Source of the DNA: an uncultured Verrucomicrobiae bacterium
GTDB taxonomy: Bacteria > Verrucomicrobiota > Verrucomicrobiia > Chthoniobacterales > JAFAMB01
Assembly: GCA_963813025.1 (NCBI GenBank)
Contig: CAWEXO010000011.1
Location: 480,001 to 544,000 of the forward strand
DNA length: 64,000 bases
Direction: 5' to 3'
Shown: positions 1-11,225 of the stretch, piece by piece
Position numbering within the stretch: position 1 is the stretch's first letter
Layout: each line of letters starts with the position of its first letter
Made by a program: the position numbers and the translations under genes
Notes under the pieces: generated by a model
What the model was told of the DNA's origin: nothing
Database searches by the model: none
What the model saw: only the letters and a program-made list of their open reading frames with translations

Positions 1-2
1 GG

Positions 3-155
3 GCGGCTTCAGCGAAGGGAGGTAGCTGGACAGTGAGCAGTAGTTCACAGTCTTGAGGATCGCATCCCTCGTGAGAGACGTGGACCTCTTTGTAATGTGA
101 GCAGATCAACTTTCAGCTTCTCAGCCCTCGCGCTACCTCCCTCCGCTGAAGCCGC
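3..155. repeat. Inverted repeat pair (REP-like, 24-bp arms)
   Basis: gcggcttcagcgaagggaggtagc (3-26) is the reverse complement of gctacctccctccgctgaagccgc (132-155) with 1 mismatch. Confidence 0.7.
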
Positions 156-234
156 TCCCACCGCTCTCACCGCTTTCTTTTGAATCCGTTTGCACGTCCG
201 AGTATTCCGCCGCATCATGTCGACTCGCTCGCTT

Positions 235-319
235 GGATGGGTGCCAGAGCGGTCGATTGGGCACGCCTGGAAAGCGTGTGTACCGCAAGGTACCGCGGGT
301 TCGAATCCCGCCCCATCCG
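235..319 (+). tRNA. tRNA-Ser(GGA)
   Basis: Acceptor stem GGATGGG/CCCATCC, anticodon loop CTGGAAA, long variable arm, GGTTCGAATCC T-loop; no encoded CCA. Confidence 0.95.
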
Positions 320-582
320 AGAGCATGTGACGTTTCAGTTTTCGCGCCACTCAGTCTCCCCGTACTGCTCTTTCGTTCCAATGAAGTTTGGTCCTCCATT
401 GGACTGCCCCTCCCGGGATACCTCTCTCTGGCGAGGCGTTTTTCGGGCGAGATGAGTCCGTGTCCACATGTCACACCCTTGTGACAGGTTGAGTCAAAAA
501 GACTCATCTCCTCGACATCATTTTTGCTCCGCTGAAGTTTAAGTATCTGACCGACAACCGCTTACATATTGTCCAGCCGATC

Positions 583-598
583 CGGCACAAGTCTTGCC
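583..598 (+). promoter_or_regulatory. Putative sigma-54 -24/-12 promoter of dnaK
   Basis: CGGCACAAGTCTTGCC = GG-N10-GC, close to the TGGCAC-N5-TTGC consensus, ~20 bp before the dnaK ATG. Confidence 0.6.
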
Positions 599-616
599 CC
601 AGACGTTAGAGCGTTT

Positions 617-2599
617 ATGGCAAAAATTTTAGGCATTGACCTCGGAACCACGAATTCCTGTATGTCGGTAATGGAAGGTGGCGAGCCGGTTGTTGTTGAG
701 AACTCTGAGGGTGCGCGCACGACCCCTTCTATCGTGGCCTTTACCAAAAGTGGCGAACGTCTGGTCGGTCAGGCAGCTAAACGTCAGGCCGTGACAAACG
801 CGAAAAATACGGTGTTTTCGATCAAGCGCTTCATGGGACGAAAGTTCGACGAAGTGCAGGACGAAGCCAAACGAGTCCCTTACAAGATCCTGAAGGCGGC
901 AAACGGTGACGCCGCCGTGGAGGTGGAGGTGGGCGGTGAGCGCAAGACTTTCTCGCCCCCGGAAATTTCCGCGATGATTTTGGGGAAACTAAAGAGCGAT
1001 GCCGAGTCAAAACTCGGCGAGAAAATCACCCAGGCCGTTATTACGGTACCCGCCTATTTCAACGACTCGCAGCGGAATGCCACTAAAGACGCTGGACGGA
1101 TTGCCGGACTCGAAGTTTTGCGGATTATCAATGAGCCAACAGCGGCGTCGCTCGCTTACGGTTTGGATAAGAAGAAAGACGAAAAGATCGCGGTATACGA
1201 TCTGGGCGGCGGCACTTTCGACATTTCCGTCCTCGAGATAGGTGACGGCGTGTTTGAGGTAAAGGCAACGAATGGTGACACCCATTTGGGAGGCGATGAC
1301 TGGGACAACGCCGTCATGGACTGGATCATCAACGAATTTCGCAAGGACACCGGGATTGATCTCAGCAAACAGGCCGATGCCCTGCAACGGATAAAGGAGG
1401 AAGCGGAGAAGGCGAAGATCGCTCTCTCTTCCTCTCAGGAATACGAGATTAACTTGCCTTTCATCACGGCAGACGCCTCCGGTCCTAAGCACATCCAGAA
1501 AAAGCTCACGCGTTCGAAACTGGAGCAGCTGACCGATGCTCTTTTTCAGCGGACAATCCCGCCGGTGAAGGCCTGTTTGGCCGACGCAAAACTGACCGAG
1601 CGGGACGTGAATGAGCTGGTGCTGGTAGGTGGCATGACACGGATGCCAAGGGTGATCGAGACGGCGCGCCAACTGATCGGTAAAGAACCGCACAAAGGCG
1701 TCAATCCGGATGAGGTGGTGGCCATCGGGGCGGCCATCCAGGCCGGCGTTCTGCGCGGCGACGTCAAAGACGTTCTCCTGCTGGACGTTACGCCGCTTAC
1801 CCTGGCGATCGAAACCGCCGGCGGTATCGCCACCCCGATGATTCCGCGGAATACCACCATCCCCACCCGGAAGTCACAGATCTTCTCTACCTTCAGCGAC
1901 AATCAGCCGGGAGTGGAGATAAAGGTACTGCAAGGCGAACGACCGATGTCACGGGATAACAAGAATCTCGGGACATTCCATCTTGATGGTATCCCGCCAG
2001 CTCCTCGCGGCGTGCCGCAGATCGAGGTGACTTTTGATATTGATGCGAACGGGATTTTGAACGTTTCGGCCAAGGATCTTGGGACCGGCAAGGAGCAGAA
2101 AATCTCGATTACCGGTTCAAGTGGTTTGACCAAAGATGAAGTCGAGCGACTGCGCAGAGAGGCGGATGCGCATGCCGAAGAAGATCGAAAAGCGCGCGAG
2201 ACCGCGGAAGTCCGCAACAACGCGGACAACCTGGCCTACCAATGCGAGAAACAGCTGCGTGAACTGGGAGACAAGGTTCCGGCGGACCAGAAATCTAGCA
2301 TCGAGGCAGCGATCAAGGAGGTGCGCGAAGCACTGAATACCAACGACGGGGATGGGATCAAGCGAGCGATGGACGATTTGCAAAGCAAGTTTGAGAGCGT
2401 CAGTGCTGAGCTTTACAAGCAGGCATCTGCGACCCGCGGCCCTGAACAGGGCGGTCCAGGGCCAGGCGGTGCAGGCCAAGGTCCCGAAGGTGCCGAAGGC
2501 CCTCGCTCTGGCGGGCAAGCTGGCGCTTCCCGTTCGTCCGACAACGTCGTGGATGCTGACTTCGAAGTGGTCGACGAAGACAAGAAGAAGAACAATTGA
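617..2599 (+). CDS. dnaK: Chaperone DnaK (Hsp70)
   Basis: [30 protein letters not shown] motifs; start taken at ATG 617. Confidence 0.98.
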   Translation: MAKILGIDLGTTNSCMSVMEGGEPVVVENSEGARTTPSIVAFTKSGERLVGQAAKRQAVTNAKNTVFSIKRFMGRKFDEVQDEAKRVPYKILKAANGDAAVEVEVGGERKTFSPPEISAMILGKLKSDAESKLGEKITQAVITVPAYFNDSQRNATKDAGRIAGLEVLRIINEPTAASLAYGLDKKKDEKIAVYDLGGGTFDISVLEIGDGVFEVKATNGDTHLGGDDWDNAVMDWIINEFRKDTGIDLSKQADALQRIKEEAEKAKIALSSSQEYEINLPFITADASGPKHIQKKLTRSKLEQLTDALFQRTIPPVKACLADAKLTERDVNELVLVGGMTRMPRVIETARQLIGKEPHKGVNPDEVVAIGAAIQAGVLRGDVKDVLLLDVTPLTLAIETAGGIATPMIPRNTTIPTRKSQIFSTFSDNQPGVEIKVLQGERPMSRDNKNLGTFHLDGIPPAPRGVPQIEVTFDIDANGILNVSAKDLGTGKEQKISITGSSGLTKDEVERLRREADAHAEEDRKARETAEVRNNADNLAYQCEKQLRELGDKVPADQKSSIEAAIKEVREALNTNDGDGIKRAMDDLQSKFESVSAELYKQASATRGPEQGGPGPGGAGQGPEGAEGPRSGGQAGASRSSDNVVDADFEVVDEDKKKNN

Positions 2600-2616
2600 G
2601 CAGGTTTTGAGGATTC

Positions 2617-2653
2617 CCGATGCCGGCAGTCCGATCCTCGCCGCCGGCATCGG
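2617..2653 (+). other. Intercistronic GC-rich hairpin between dnaK and groES
   Basis: ccgatgccggc...gccggcatcgg, 11-bp stem. Confidence 0.55.
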
Positions 2654-2699
2654 TTTAGGAAACAAACCAAAGTAAATCAAAGGAGGACACTGAAAACAT

Positions 2700-2993
2700 A
2701 TGGCAATAAACGTTAAGCCTCTCGGCGATCGCGTGCTGGTGCAGCCGCTCGACGAAAAAGAGGTTAAAAAAGGTGGCATTATCATCCCCGATACCGCCAA
2801 GGAAAAACCTCAGGAAGGCACTGTAGTGGCCTTGGGAACTGGGAAGCTCGACGACAGCGGCAAGAAAATCGATTTCAACGTCAAAGTCGGCGACAAGGTT
2901 CTCATCTCCAAATACGGAGGTACCGAGATCAAGATTGACGATGAGAATTATCTCATCATGCGCGAGGACGACATCCTCGGAATCCTTGGATAA
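2700..2993 (+). CDS. groES: Co-chaperonin GroES
   Basis: [25 protein letters not shown]. Confidence 0.98.
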   Translation: MAINVKPLGDRVLVQPLDEKEVKKGGIIIPDTAKEKPQEGTVVALGTGKLDDSGKKIDFNVKVGDKVLISKYGGTEIKIDDENYLIMREDDILGILG

Positions 2994-3004
2994 CAATTAA
3001 ATAA

Positions 3005-4660
<1,656 letters not shown>

Positions 4661-4692
4661 GAAAAAAAATCGGGGCCTGTGCCTCATTGAAT

Positions 4693-4727
4693 ATCCGGTC
4701 CGGCGCCTGCCGGGCCGGATTTTTTTT
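4693..4727 (+). terminator. Rho-independent terminator after groEL
   Basis: atccggtccggc-gcct-gccgggccggat hairpin followed by a T-tract. Confidence 0.85.
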
Positions 4728-4755
4728 GAAGTCGGAATGGCATGTTGCCAAAGGC

Positions 4756-4866
4756 TTTTATTCGAGCCTTGGCGAGAACTTGTCTGAACCGTCTTGGATA
4801 GGGACAGCTCCGACGCCCGGCTCAAACGAGTCCTCGCTGAGGCTCCTCCTTCGCTGAATTTTCGGC
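4756..4866. repeat. Palindromic intergenic repeat family A, copy 1
   Basis: attcgagccttggcgagaacttgtctgaaccgtcttgg...cggctcaaacgagtcctcgctgaggctc; similar to 8575-8697 and to the IS110 flanks. Confidence 0.7.
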
Positions 4867-5083
4867 GGACGCGTCGGATACAGAGATACAGAGACTGTCT
4901 CGCAACACGCAAGCTCCCGCTTGACCTCCTTAGTGTTGGATCACGTCTCGATTTGGACGAGCCGGAGCTCATCCCTACCGCTCCTCGTCCTTGACGCCAC
5001 TCCGAAAGCCGCTCGAATAATCTCCTCACGCCTTCGAGCAGCGACTTGCGAGTTAATCAGACGTACCGGAGGATTGAAGAACA

Positions 5084-5302
5084 ATGTCGCCGGAGATCGG
5101 GAAACTCGTCGTAGCAGTCGGCGCGATGCTCGTACTGATCGGGCTGGTCATCTGGCGGTTTCCGAACGCCTTTTCCTGGTTCGGCAAACTGCCCGGCGAC
5201 ATTTCGATGCAAAAGGGTGGTTCATCGTTTTACTTTCCCATCGTTACCTGCATCCTGATCAGCTTGGCACTGACGCTGCTAAGCTGGCTTTTTCGCCGTT
5301 GA
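5084..5302 (+). CDS. Small membrane protein, DUF2905-like
   Basis: Two hydrophobic segments around GKLPGDI...FYFPIVTC. Confidence 0.85.
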   Translation: MSPEIGKLVVAVGAMLVLIGLVIWRFPNAFSWFGKLPGDISMQKGGSSFYFPIVTCILISLALTLLSWLFRR

Positions 5303-6073
5303 TTCGGCTTTTGCGACTTCCGCTCCAATGCCGGCCCCTGGCTGGATGATCCCCTCGGGTGAGACCTTAGCATTAACGCAGGAATCGATCCAGCGAGAAC
5401 CCCGGGGCGCAAGCCACTTCACCGCATTACGGATGACGGTTTGCACCTCAGCCTGGTGGTAGGTTGGATAGGTTTCGTGGCCCGGGCGAAAGTAAAAGAT
5501 TCTTCCGTTACCGCGCGTCCACGAGCAACCCGAACGGAAGACTTCGCCGCCCTGGAACCAGGAAATGAAAACTGTTTCTTCCGGAGAGGGAATCGCGAAT
5601 GGCTCTCCGTACATCTCTTCCTGCGGGATCTCGAAGCATGCCGGCAAGCCCTGGGCTATTGGGTGACCCGGGTTACAGATCCAAAGGCGTTCCTTCTCGT
5701 CGGCCTCACGCCAAACCAGAGAGCAAGTCGTTCCAAGCAATCGCCGGAAAATTTTTGAAAAATGTCCCGAGTGCAGGACAAGAAGCCCCATTCCTTCGAG
5801 CACTCGCTTTTGCACCCGGTCCACGATCTTATCGTCAACCTGGCTATGGGCCATGTGACCCCACCACACCAGCACATCAGTCGTTTGGAGCCGCGCCTCG
5901 GAAAGACCGTGTTCGGGTTGCTGCAGAGTTGCGGTGTTCGTGGCGACCCCGGCGTCAGCCGCGAGGACTTCTGCAAGGTGCGCATGCATTCCTTTTGGAT
6001 AAATTTTGCCTACCTTCTCGGATTTTCGTTCATGGATGTTTTCGCCCCAGACGACAACGCGGAGAGTGCTCAT
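5279..6073 (-). CDS. ThuA-like (trehalose utilisation) glutamine-amidotransferase-fold protein
   Basis: VWGENIHE, WWGH, VLHSGH, EEMYGEPF, YFRPGHETYP; start taken at MSTLRV; overlaps the DUF2905 3' end by 24 bp. Confidence 0.88.
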   Translation of the reverse strand: MSTLRVVVWGENIHERKSEKVGKIYPKGMHAHLAEVLAADAGVATNTATLQQPEHGLSEARLQTTDVLVWWGHMAHSQVDDKIVDRVQKRVLEGMGLLVLHSGHFSKIFRRLLGTTCSLVWREADEKERLWICNPGHPIAQGLPACFEIPQEEMYGEPFAIPSPEETVFISWFQGGEVFRSGCSWTRGNGRIFYFRPGHETYPTYHQAEVQTVIRNAVKWLAPRGSRWIDSCVNAKVSPEGIIQPGAGIGAEVAKAESTAKKPA

Positions 6074-6323
6074 CGATGATGTATTGACCACAGGAGGTGA
6101 GAAAGCGCAAACGCGAACGGATTTCTCTGCCAAAGGACACAGGTATAGTCTCTCCCGCGAGTCGCAACGCGGAACGCCCCGGCCCGTCTGTATTCCGGTG
6201 GGGCTGGGCACTCGCAAGCGAAGCCGCGCACTCCCGCCGACGAGATCTACTGGAAAAAGGGCGGCGACCTCCCAACCTGTGCCGACTGGAAACTAACGAA
6301 GCGAGAGGGTAATCTGTTCGAGC

Positions 6324-7388
6324 ATGCGCTCTCCCCGGCAACCTTACGAAGATGTTGAACGCATCATCGAGCTCGACTTTCTGCGTGCCACCGAGGCAGC
6401 TGCGCTGAATACTTTGCCGTGGCTGGGCCGAGGCGAAAAGGAGCGCGCCGACGCGGCCGCCTGCGACGCGATCCGCGGCATGTTCGACTTAATGAATGTT
6501 TGTGGGGAAGTCGTGATAGGTGAGGGAATCAAAGACGATGCACCGGGTATCTTGAAGGGCGAACATCTCGGCACTTGGACGCCGGGCAGCCATAAATTCG
6601 ATCTCGCTCTCGACCCGATCGACGGCACAACGAACGTAGCCAAGGGCTTGCCCGGTTCGATCTGTTGTCTCGCCGCAGCTTCGCCCGAGGAAGGAAAGTC
6701 GGCTTCGCTGAAAGACGTTCCGACTTTCTACATGATGAAGCTGGCCTACGGAACCAAGGTCGTCCGCTACATGGAGCGAACTGGCATTACGACCATTTCC
6801 ATTCGACAGCCGGTGGAAGAAATCCTTCCTGTCATCGCGCGGGCTCTCCGCAAACGGTTGCAGGATGTCGCGGTGGTAGTCCTCGATCGGCCGCGTCACG
6901 AAAAGCTGATCCAGGCGGTGCGATCAACCGGAGCGATGGTCCGCATGATCTCCGACGGTGACATTACCGCCGCGATCGCTCCCTCGCTGCCGGAGAGCGG
7001 AGTTGATCTCTACGTCGGAATCGGCGGATCGCCCGAAGCCGTGCTGGCCGCAGCCGCGATCCGCTGTCTGGGCGGTGATCTGCAAACCATGATGTGGCCC
7101 CGGGACGACCAGGAGCGTGACGCAGTTGTGCGCGCCGGATTCAAGAATGAGCTCATCCAGGTATTCGGAGCGGCCGATCTGGCTCGAGGAAATAACATCA
7201 TTTTTTGCGCAACTGGGATCAGCGACAGCCCCCTGCTGCGCGGCGTGCGGGTGCAAGGCCACACTGCCGTAACTCATTCTATTTTGATGCGCGGGCGCAG
7301 CCGAACGGTCCGAATGATCGAGGCGTACCACGACTTAGCGCATAAAACGATCCGGCTGCGATCCACGAAGCAGGAGAAACTGTTGTAA
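6324..7388 (+). CDS. glpX: Class II fructose-1,6-bisphosphatase
   Basis: RATEAAA, VVIGEG, DPIDGT, DRPRH, ISDGD, GIGGSPE. Confidence 0.92.
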   Translation: MRSPRQPYEDVERIIELDFLRATEAAALNTLPWLGRGEKERADAAACDAIRGMFDLMNVCGEVVIGEGIKDDAPGILKGEHLGTWTPGSHKFDLALDPIDGTTNVAKGLPGSICCLAAASPEEGKSASLKDVPTFYMMKLAYGTKVVRYMERTGITTISIRQPVEEILPVIARALRKRLQDVAVVVLDRPRHEKLIQAVRSTGAMVRMISDGDITAAIAPSLPESGVDLYVGIGGSPEAVLAAAAIRCLGGDLQTMMWPRDDQERDAVVRAGFKNELIQVFGAADLARGNNIIFCATGISDSPLLRGVRVQGHTAVTHSILMRGRSRTVRMIEAYHDLAHKTIRLRSTKQEKLL

Positions 7389-7399
7389 CGCACGGCATC

Positions 7400-8506
7400 A
7401 TGAGCACTAGCACTGACACTGACACTGGCTTTACGAGTCGTGCGGCCGGTGCAGTGATGGGGTCTCTCATCGGCGATGCGCTCGGCCTCGGACCCCATTG
7501 GTACTACGACCTGGACGAGCTTCGCCGGGACTACGGCCCGTGGATAACGAGCTATACGAATCCCAAGCCCCGGCGGTATCATGCCGGCATGCGGGCCGGT
7601 GAACTGTCGCAGACCGGCCTCATTATTGCCGCACTGCTGGAATTGGTCACTGAGCATCGTGGTTACTCGGAGAGGGCGTTTACGAAGTGGCTCGACACCG
7701 AGCTGTTCCATCAGCTCGATGGCACTCCGTTTTACGGACCGGGCGGATACACCAATCAGTCGGTCCGGGAAGCGTTTCGCCGCCGGAAGATTGAAAAGCG
7801 CGATTGGGGTGAAGTCGCCGGATCAGCCGACACAACCGAGGCCGCTGAACGGGGCGTCGTCCTTGCCGCTCTGTATGCAGACGATCCGGCCGCCGTCGCC
7901 CGGGAAGGCGCGGCCAATTGCCGGTTACTGCAAAACGATCCAGCAATCGTTGCCATGACTACCGCTTATCTTTCCGTTCTCGCCGCTCTGGTGCGTGGAG
8001 AGGAGATGCGGGCATCGATTTCCGATCATCTCATGCGGTTGGTTCATAAAGGCCAGTTACCCTTTCATCACGTTACCAAAGCCGACCTGTCCCCGGCGGG
8101 AGGCCCCGAAGAAGAGATGCTCGACGAGGCAGCGAATTTTTCGTCTCCGGACGCTTTGCTGACACCAGGTTATTGCGCCAGAGCGGCGTGTGACGACGCC
8201 ATCAAGATCGAGCCGGCTTGGAAAGTCTCGTTTGTTTACGGCATGCCTTGCGCCATCTATCATCAATTGCCGGCGGCCTACTACCTGGCGACGCGGTTTG
8301 CGGATAATTTCTCAAAAGGAGTGCTTCACGCGTTGAACGGAGGCGGCCAGAATATGTCGCGCGCTTGTCTGACGGGCGCCCTGATCGGAGCGCAAGTGGG
8401 CCTGAGCGGCATTCCAGAAAAATTTGTCGAAGGGCTCAATGGCGGCGAGCGATTGCGGAAACTTGCTCAGCAGCTCGGTGGGCTCGCAGCGAGCGCAGTC
8501 CGCTGA
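7400..8506 (+). CDS. ADP-ribosylglycohydrolase-fold protein (crystallin J1/SelJ-like)
   Basis: GSLIGDALGLGPHW N-terminus, LTGALIGAQVGLSGIPEKFV C-terminus. Confidence 0.8.
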   Translation: MSTSTDTDTGFTSRAAGAVMGSLIGDALGLGPHWYYDLDELRRDYGPWITSYTNPKPRRYHAGMRAGELSQTGLIIAALLELVTEHRGYSERAFTKWLDTELFHQLDGTPFYGPGGYTNQSVREAFRRRKIEKRDWGEVAGSADTTEAAERGVVLAALYADDPAAVAREGAANCRLLQNDPAIVAMTTAYLSVLAALVRGEEMRASISDHLMRLVHKGQLPFHHVTKADLSPAGGPEEEMLDEAANFSSPDALLTPGYCARAACDDAIKIEPAWKVSFVYGMPCAIYHQLPAAYYLATRFADNFSKGVLHALNGGGQNMSRACLTGALIGAQVGLSGIPEKFVEGLNGGERLRKLAQQLGGLAASAVR

Positions 8507-8574
8507 CGCGGGCAGCCTCCACGGCGGTCCCATTAAAACGAGTCTTGTCTCGCAACCTGCTCCGGCTCTGTGCC

Positions 8575-8697
8575 GGTGGGGCGAGAATTCATCTGAGCCT
8601 TCGGCGAAGACTCGTTCGAGCCGTACGATGGAGTTGCCATAGCCAAGACGGCTCAAACAAGTTCTCGCTGACGCTCGAATGAATTTTCGCCCTGCCA
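8575..8697. repeat. Palindromic intergenic repeat family A, copy 2 (uninterrupted)
   Basis: ~50-bp imperfect inverted arms gggcgagaattcat...gagccg / cggctcaaacaagttctcgctgacgctcgaatgaattttcgccc. Confidence 0.75.
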
Positions 8698-8763
8698 ATA
8701 ATCAAGACGCGGGAAATACGTCTCATTGACGTTTAAGGGCGTTCGCGGTAGGTGCGTCCACCG

Positions 8764-9969
8764 ATGGCTGATTCAATCGGATCGAGGCGTCGTGTGTACG
8801 TCACCGGTATTGGAGTCGTTTCTCCACTAGGATTCGATGTGGAGGCAAATCTGCGATCGCTTCGCGAAGGCCGTGATGCCGTCACACCGGTCACCGCCTT
8901 CGACGTCACGAGAAACAGGTGCAAAACGGCGGGTCAGGTTCCCGACGATTGGCTGAAGTCGCCGGCTACTCTATCGAAGCGATCCAAACGCCTTCACCGC
9001 AGCTCGTTCATGATGATCCTCGCGATGAGGGAGGCCTTGACGATGGCCAATGGCCCGACTCCGGAAGGAGCTATCATGGCGACTTCCAGCGGCGCCATGA
9101 GTAACGGGGAGGAATTCTATCGCGGTCTAACGATCAGGGGCAGCCGGCGCCGTTATGCCCGGCTGGTCGCGAACTATCTTCCGCAAAAGCCGATCCTCGA
9201 CGCATTGGAGAGCAACGGTCTGCGTGCGCCTGTCCAGATCATTTCGAATGCGTGTTCTTCCGGTTCGAATTCAATCGGGCACGCCTTTGCCCTCGTGCGC
9301 AGCGGAATTCATGAATGCCTGGTCTGTGGCGGCTATGACCCCCTGGCGAGCCTGGTCTTTTGTGGATTTGACTCTCTGCAGGCCGCCACGCCGGAAAAGA
9401 TCCGTCCCTTCGATCGGGACCGGAGCGGACTGGTCCTCGGCGAGGGGGCGGCTGTCCTGATTTTGGAATCCGGCGAGTCGGTGGCCAAACGCGGCGCTGC
9501 CGCCTGTGCCGAGTTAATCGGGTATGGAGTGGCCACTGATAATTACCATCTCACCCAACCTGACCCCTCCGGTATTGGCCCGCGGCTGGCGATGGAGCGC
9601 AGCCTGCGCAGCGCCGGGATCCCCGCCAAAGCAGTCGATTACATCAACGCACATGGAACGGCGACAACGTTTAACGACGCCACCGAGGGCCGGGCCATCT
9701 CCGATCTCTTCGATCGAATCCCGGTAAGCTCCACCAAGTCCATGATGGGCCACGCGCTCGGCGGCGCGGGGGCGATTGAAGCCGTGTTCTGCGTCCTCGC
9801 TTTGCAGCATCAGTTTATACCACCCAACATCAACTTCCGGCAACCGGACCCGCTGTGGACATTCGAGGTCGTCGCAAACCGGGCGAGACATACGCGTCTG
9901 TCAGTGGTGCTTTCTAACTCGTTTGGATTCGGCGGATGCAACGCTGCCCTTCTCTTTCGCGCAACATGA
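8764..9969 (+). CDS. Beta-ketoacyl-ACP synthase (FabF-like KS)
   Basis: Intact Cys-His-His triad: NACSSG, INAHGT, GHALG; SNSFGFGG. Confidence 0.9.
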   Translation: MADSIGSRRRVYVTGIGVVSPLGFDVEANLRSLREGRDAVTPVTAFDVTRNRCKTAGQVPDDWLKSPATLSKRSKRLHRSSFMMILAMREALTMANGPTPEGAIMATSSGAMSNGEEFYRGLTIRGSRRRYARLVANYLPQKPILDALESNGLRAPVQIISNACSSGSNSIGHAFALVRSGIHECLVCGGYDPLASLVFCGFDSLQAATPEKIRPFDRDRSGLVLGEGAAVLILESGESVAKRGAAACAELIGYGVATDNYHLTQPDPSGIGPRLAMERSLRSAGIPAKAVDYINAHGTATTFNDATEGRAISDLFDRIPVSSTKSMMGHALGGAGAIEAVFCVLALQHQFIPPNINFRQPDPLWTFEVVANRARHTRLSVVLSNSFGFGGCNAALLFRAT

Positions 9970-11078
9970 ATTACTCCGTACAGGGGATCGGCGCGGTCAC
10001 CCCATTGGGCCCAACGTCCGAACTGACTTGGCAGGCCTTGTGCGAGGGGCAACAGGCAGAGTGGTCATCGCTCAGTGCATCCCTGGCCGGGCGCCAGCAC
10101 TTTTCTTGCTCGGTTCCATCAAAGTTCGTGAATCTATCGGCTCACGTGCCGCGCCTTCGCCGTTCGAGTGTCCTTTCGCTCCTCGGTGTGACGGCGGCGC
10201 AAGAGGCGCTCGCCCGGAAGCAGGCGGAAAATCCGCCCGCGATTATCTATGCGATCTGCTCGGGCGCAGTGAACTACACGCGCCGGTTTTTTGACGAGGT
10301 GCTCCGCCCGGATGTGCCGACGCCCAGCCCGCTCCTGTTTTCCGAAACCGTGTTTAACGGGCCGGCCAGCCATCTGGCGGCGGTTCTCCGGATGGATGGT
10401 CCGGTCTACACCCTGGTAGGCGACTCGGCCGTTGGCTTGTCGGCGATCCACTTCGCGGCGGAGCTGCTGGACATCGATCCGACCCTGGAGAGTTGCCTGG
10501 TCGTTGGGACGGAGGAGATAAATTGGGTCTTGCCGGAGGCTTTTCAGTCCTGGCGGATGGTCAGCCGAACACCGCGGTGCGAGGTTTTTGGCGAAAGCCA
10601 CGGCGCGGTCTTTGGAGAAGCGGCGGCTGCTGTCCTCATCGGGCGAGGGCCGGGCTTCCGGCTGGCCTATACCGGCGGCGGCCAGCCGTTTTTCTCGACA
10701 AAAGATGCCATTGAAACAACGGAAAAAGTGGTGCGCCAATGCGTCGGCAGCGCGGGCCAGCCGGACATCATCATTGCCAGCGCGAACGGCACCTTCGTCG
10801 ATCAGGCAGAATCCTGGGCGTTCTCTCTTGGTAAGCTCCGCGCACCGGTCTACGCGTATAAGCCAGCCCTGGGTGATGCCTTGGGTGCCGGCGCGGTTCT
10901 TCAGGTTGTCCTTGGTTGTCTCGCTTTGCAGCACCAGATATTGCCCGGCACACTTTCCGCGGGCAACGGTCTAGGGCTGGTGAATCGTATCACAAGACCG
11001 GTTGACGCTGATCGTTGCCTGATCAGCACGGTCGGGTTCAGTCAGCAGGCTAACGCGCTGATGATTGAGCTTAAGTAA
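9966..11078 (+). CDS. Ketosynthase-fold chain-length-factor-like protein
   Basis: KS fold, ATGA-coupled to the KS gene; catalytic positions replaced (GDSAVG, SANGT, GDALG). Confidence 0.8.
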   Translation: MNYSVQGIGAVTPLGPTSELTWQALCEGQQAEWSSLSASLAGRQHFSCSVPSKFVNLSAHVPRLRRSSVLSLLGVTAAQEALARKQAENPPAIIYAICSGAVNYTRRFFDEVLRPDVPTPSPLLFSETVFNGPASHLAAVLRMDGPVYTLVGDSAVGLSAIHFAAELLDIDPTLESCLVVGTEEINWVLPEAFQSWRMVSRTPRCEVFGESHGAVFGEAAAAVLIGRGPGFRLAYTGGGQPFFSTKDAIETTEKVVRQCVGSAGQPDIIIASANGTFVDQAESWAFSLGKLRAPVYAYKPALGDALGAGAVLQVVLGCLALQHQILPGTLSAGNGLGLVNRITRPVDADRCLISTVGFSQQANALMIELK

Positions 11079-11225
11079 GGTAGCGCGGACCGCCTGGCCC
11101 GGAGCGTGCGGGGCGAGTGAAGCGAACAATGTGCTGGTATAGGGGGAGAAACAGAGACCGTCTTGCAACCGGTTTTTTCTCTGTGTCGGTAGGGCGAAAA
11201 TTCATTGGAGCTTTAGCGAGAACTC

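Noticed and set aside
320..616. CIRCE operator or integrated element at tRNA-Ser
   Set aside because: No TTAGCACTC-N9-GAGTGCTAA, no integrase and no duplicated tRNA 3' end seen in the window
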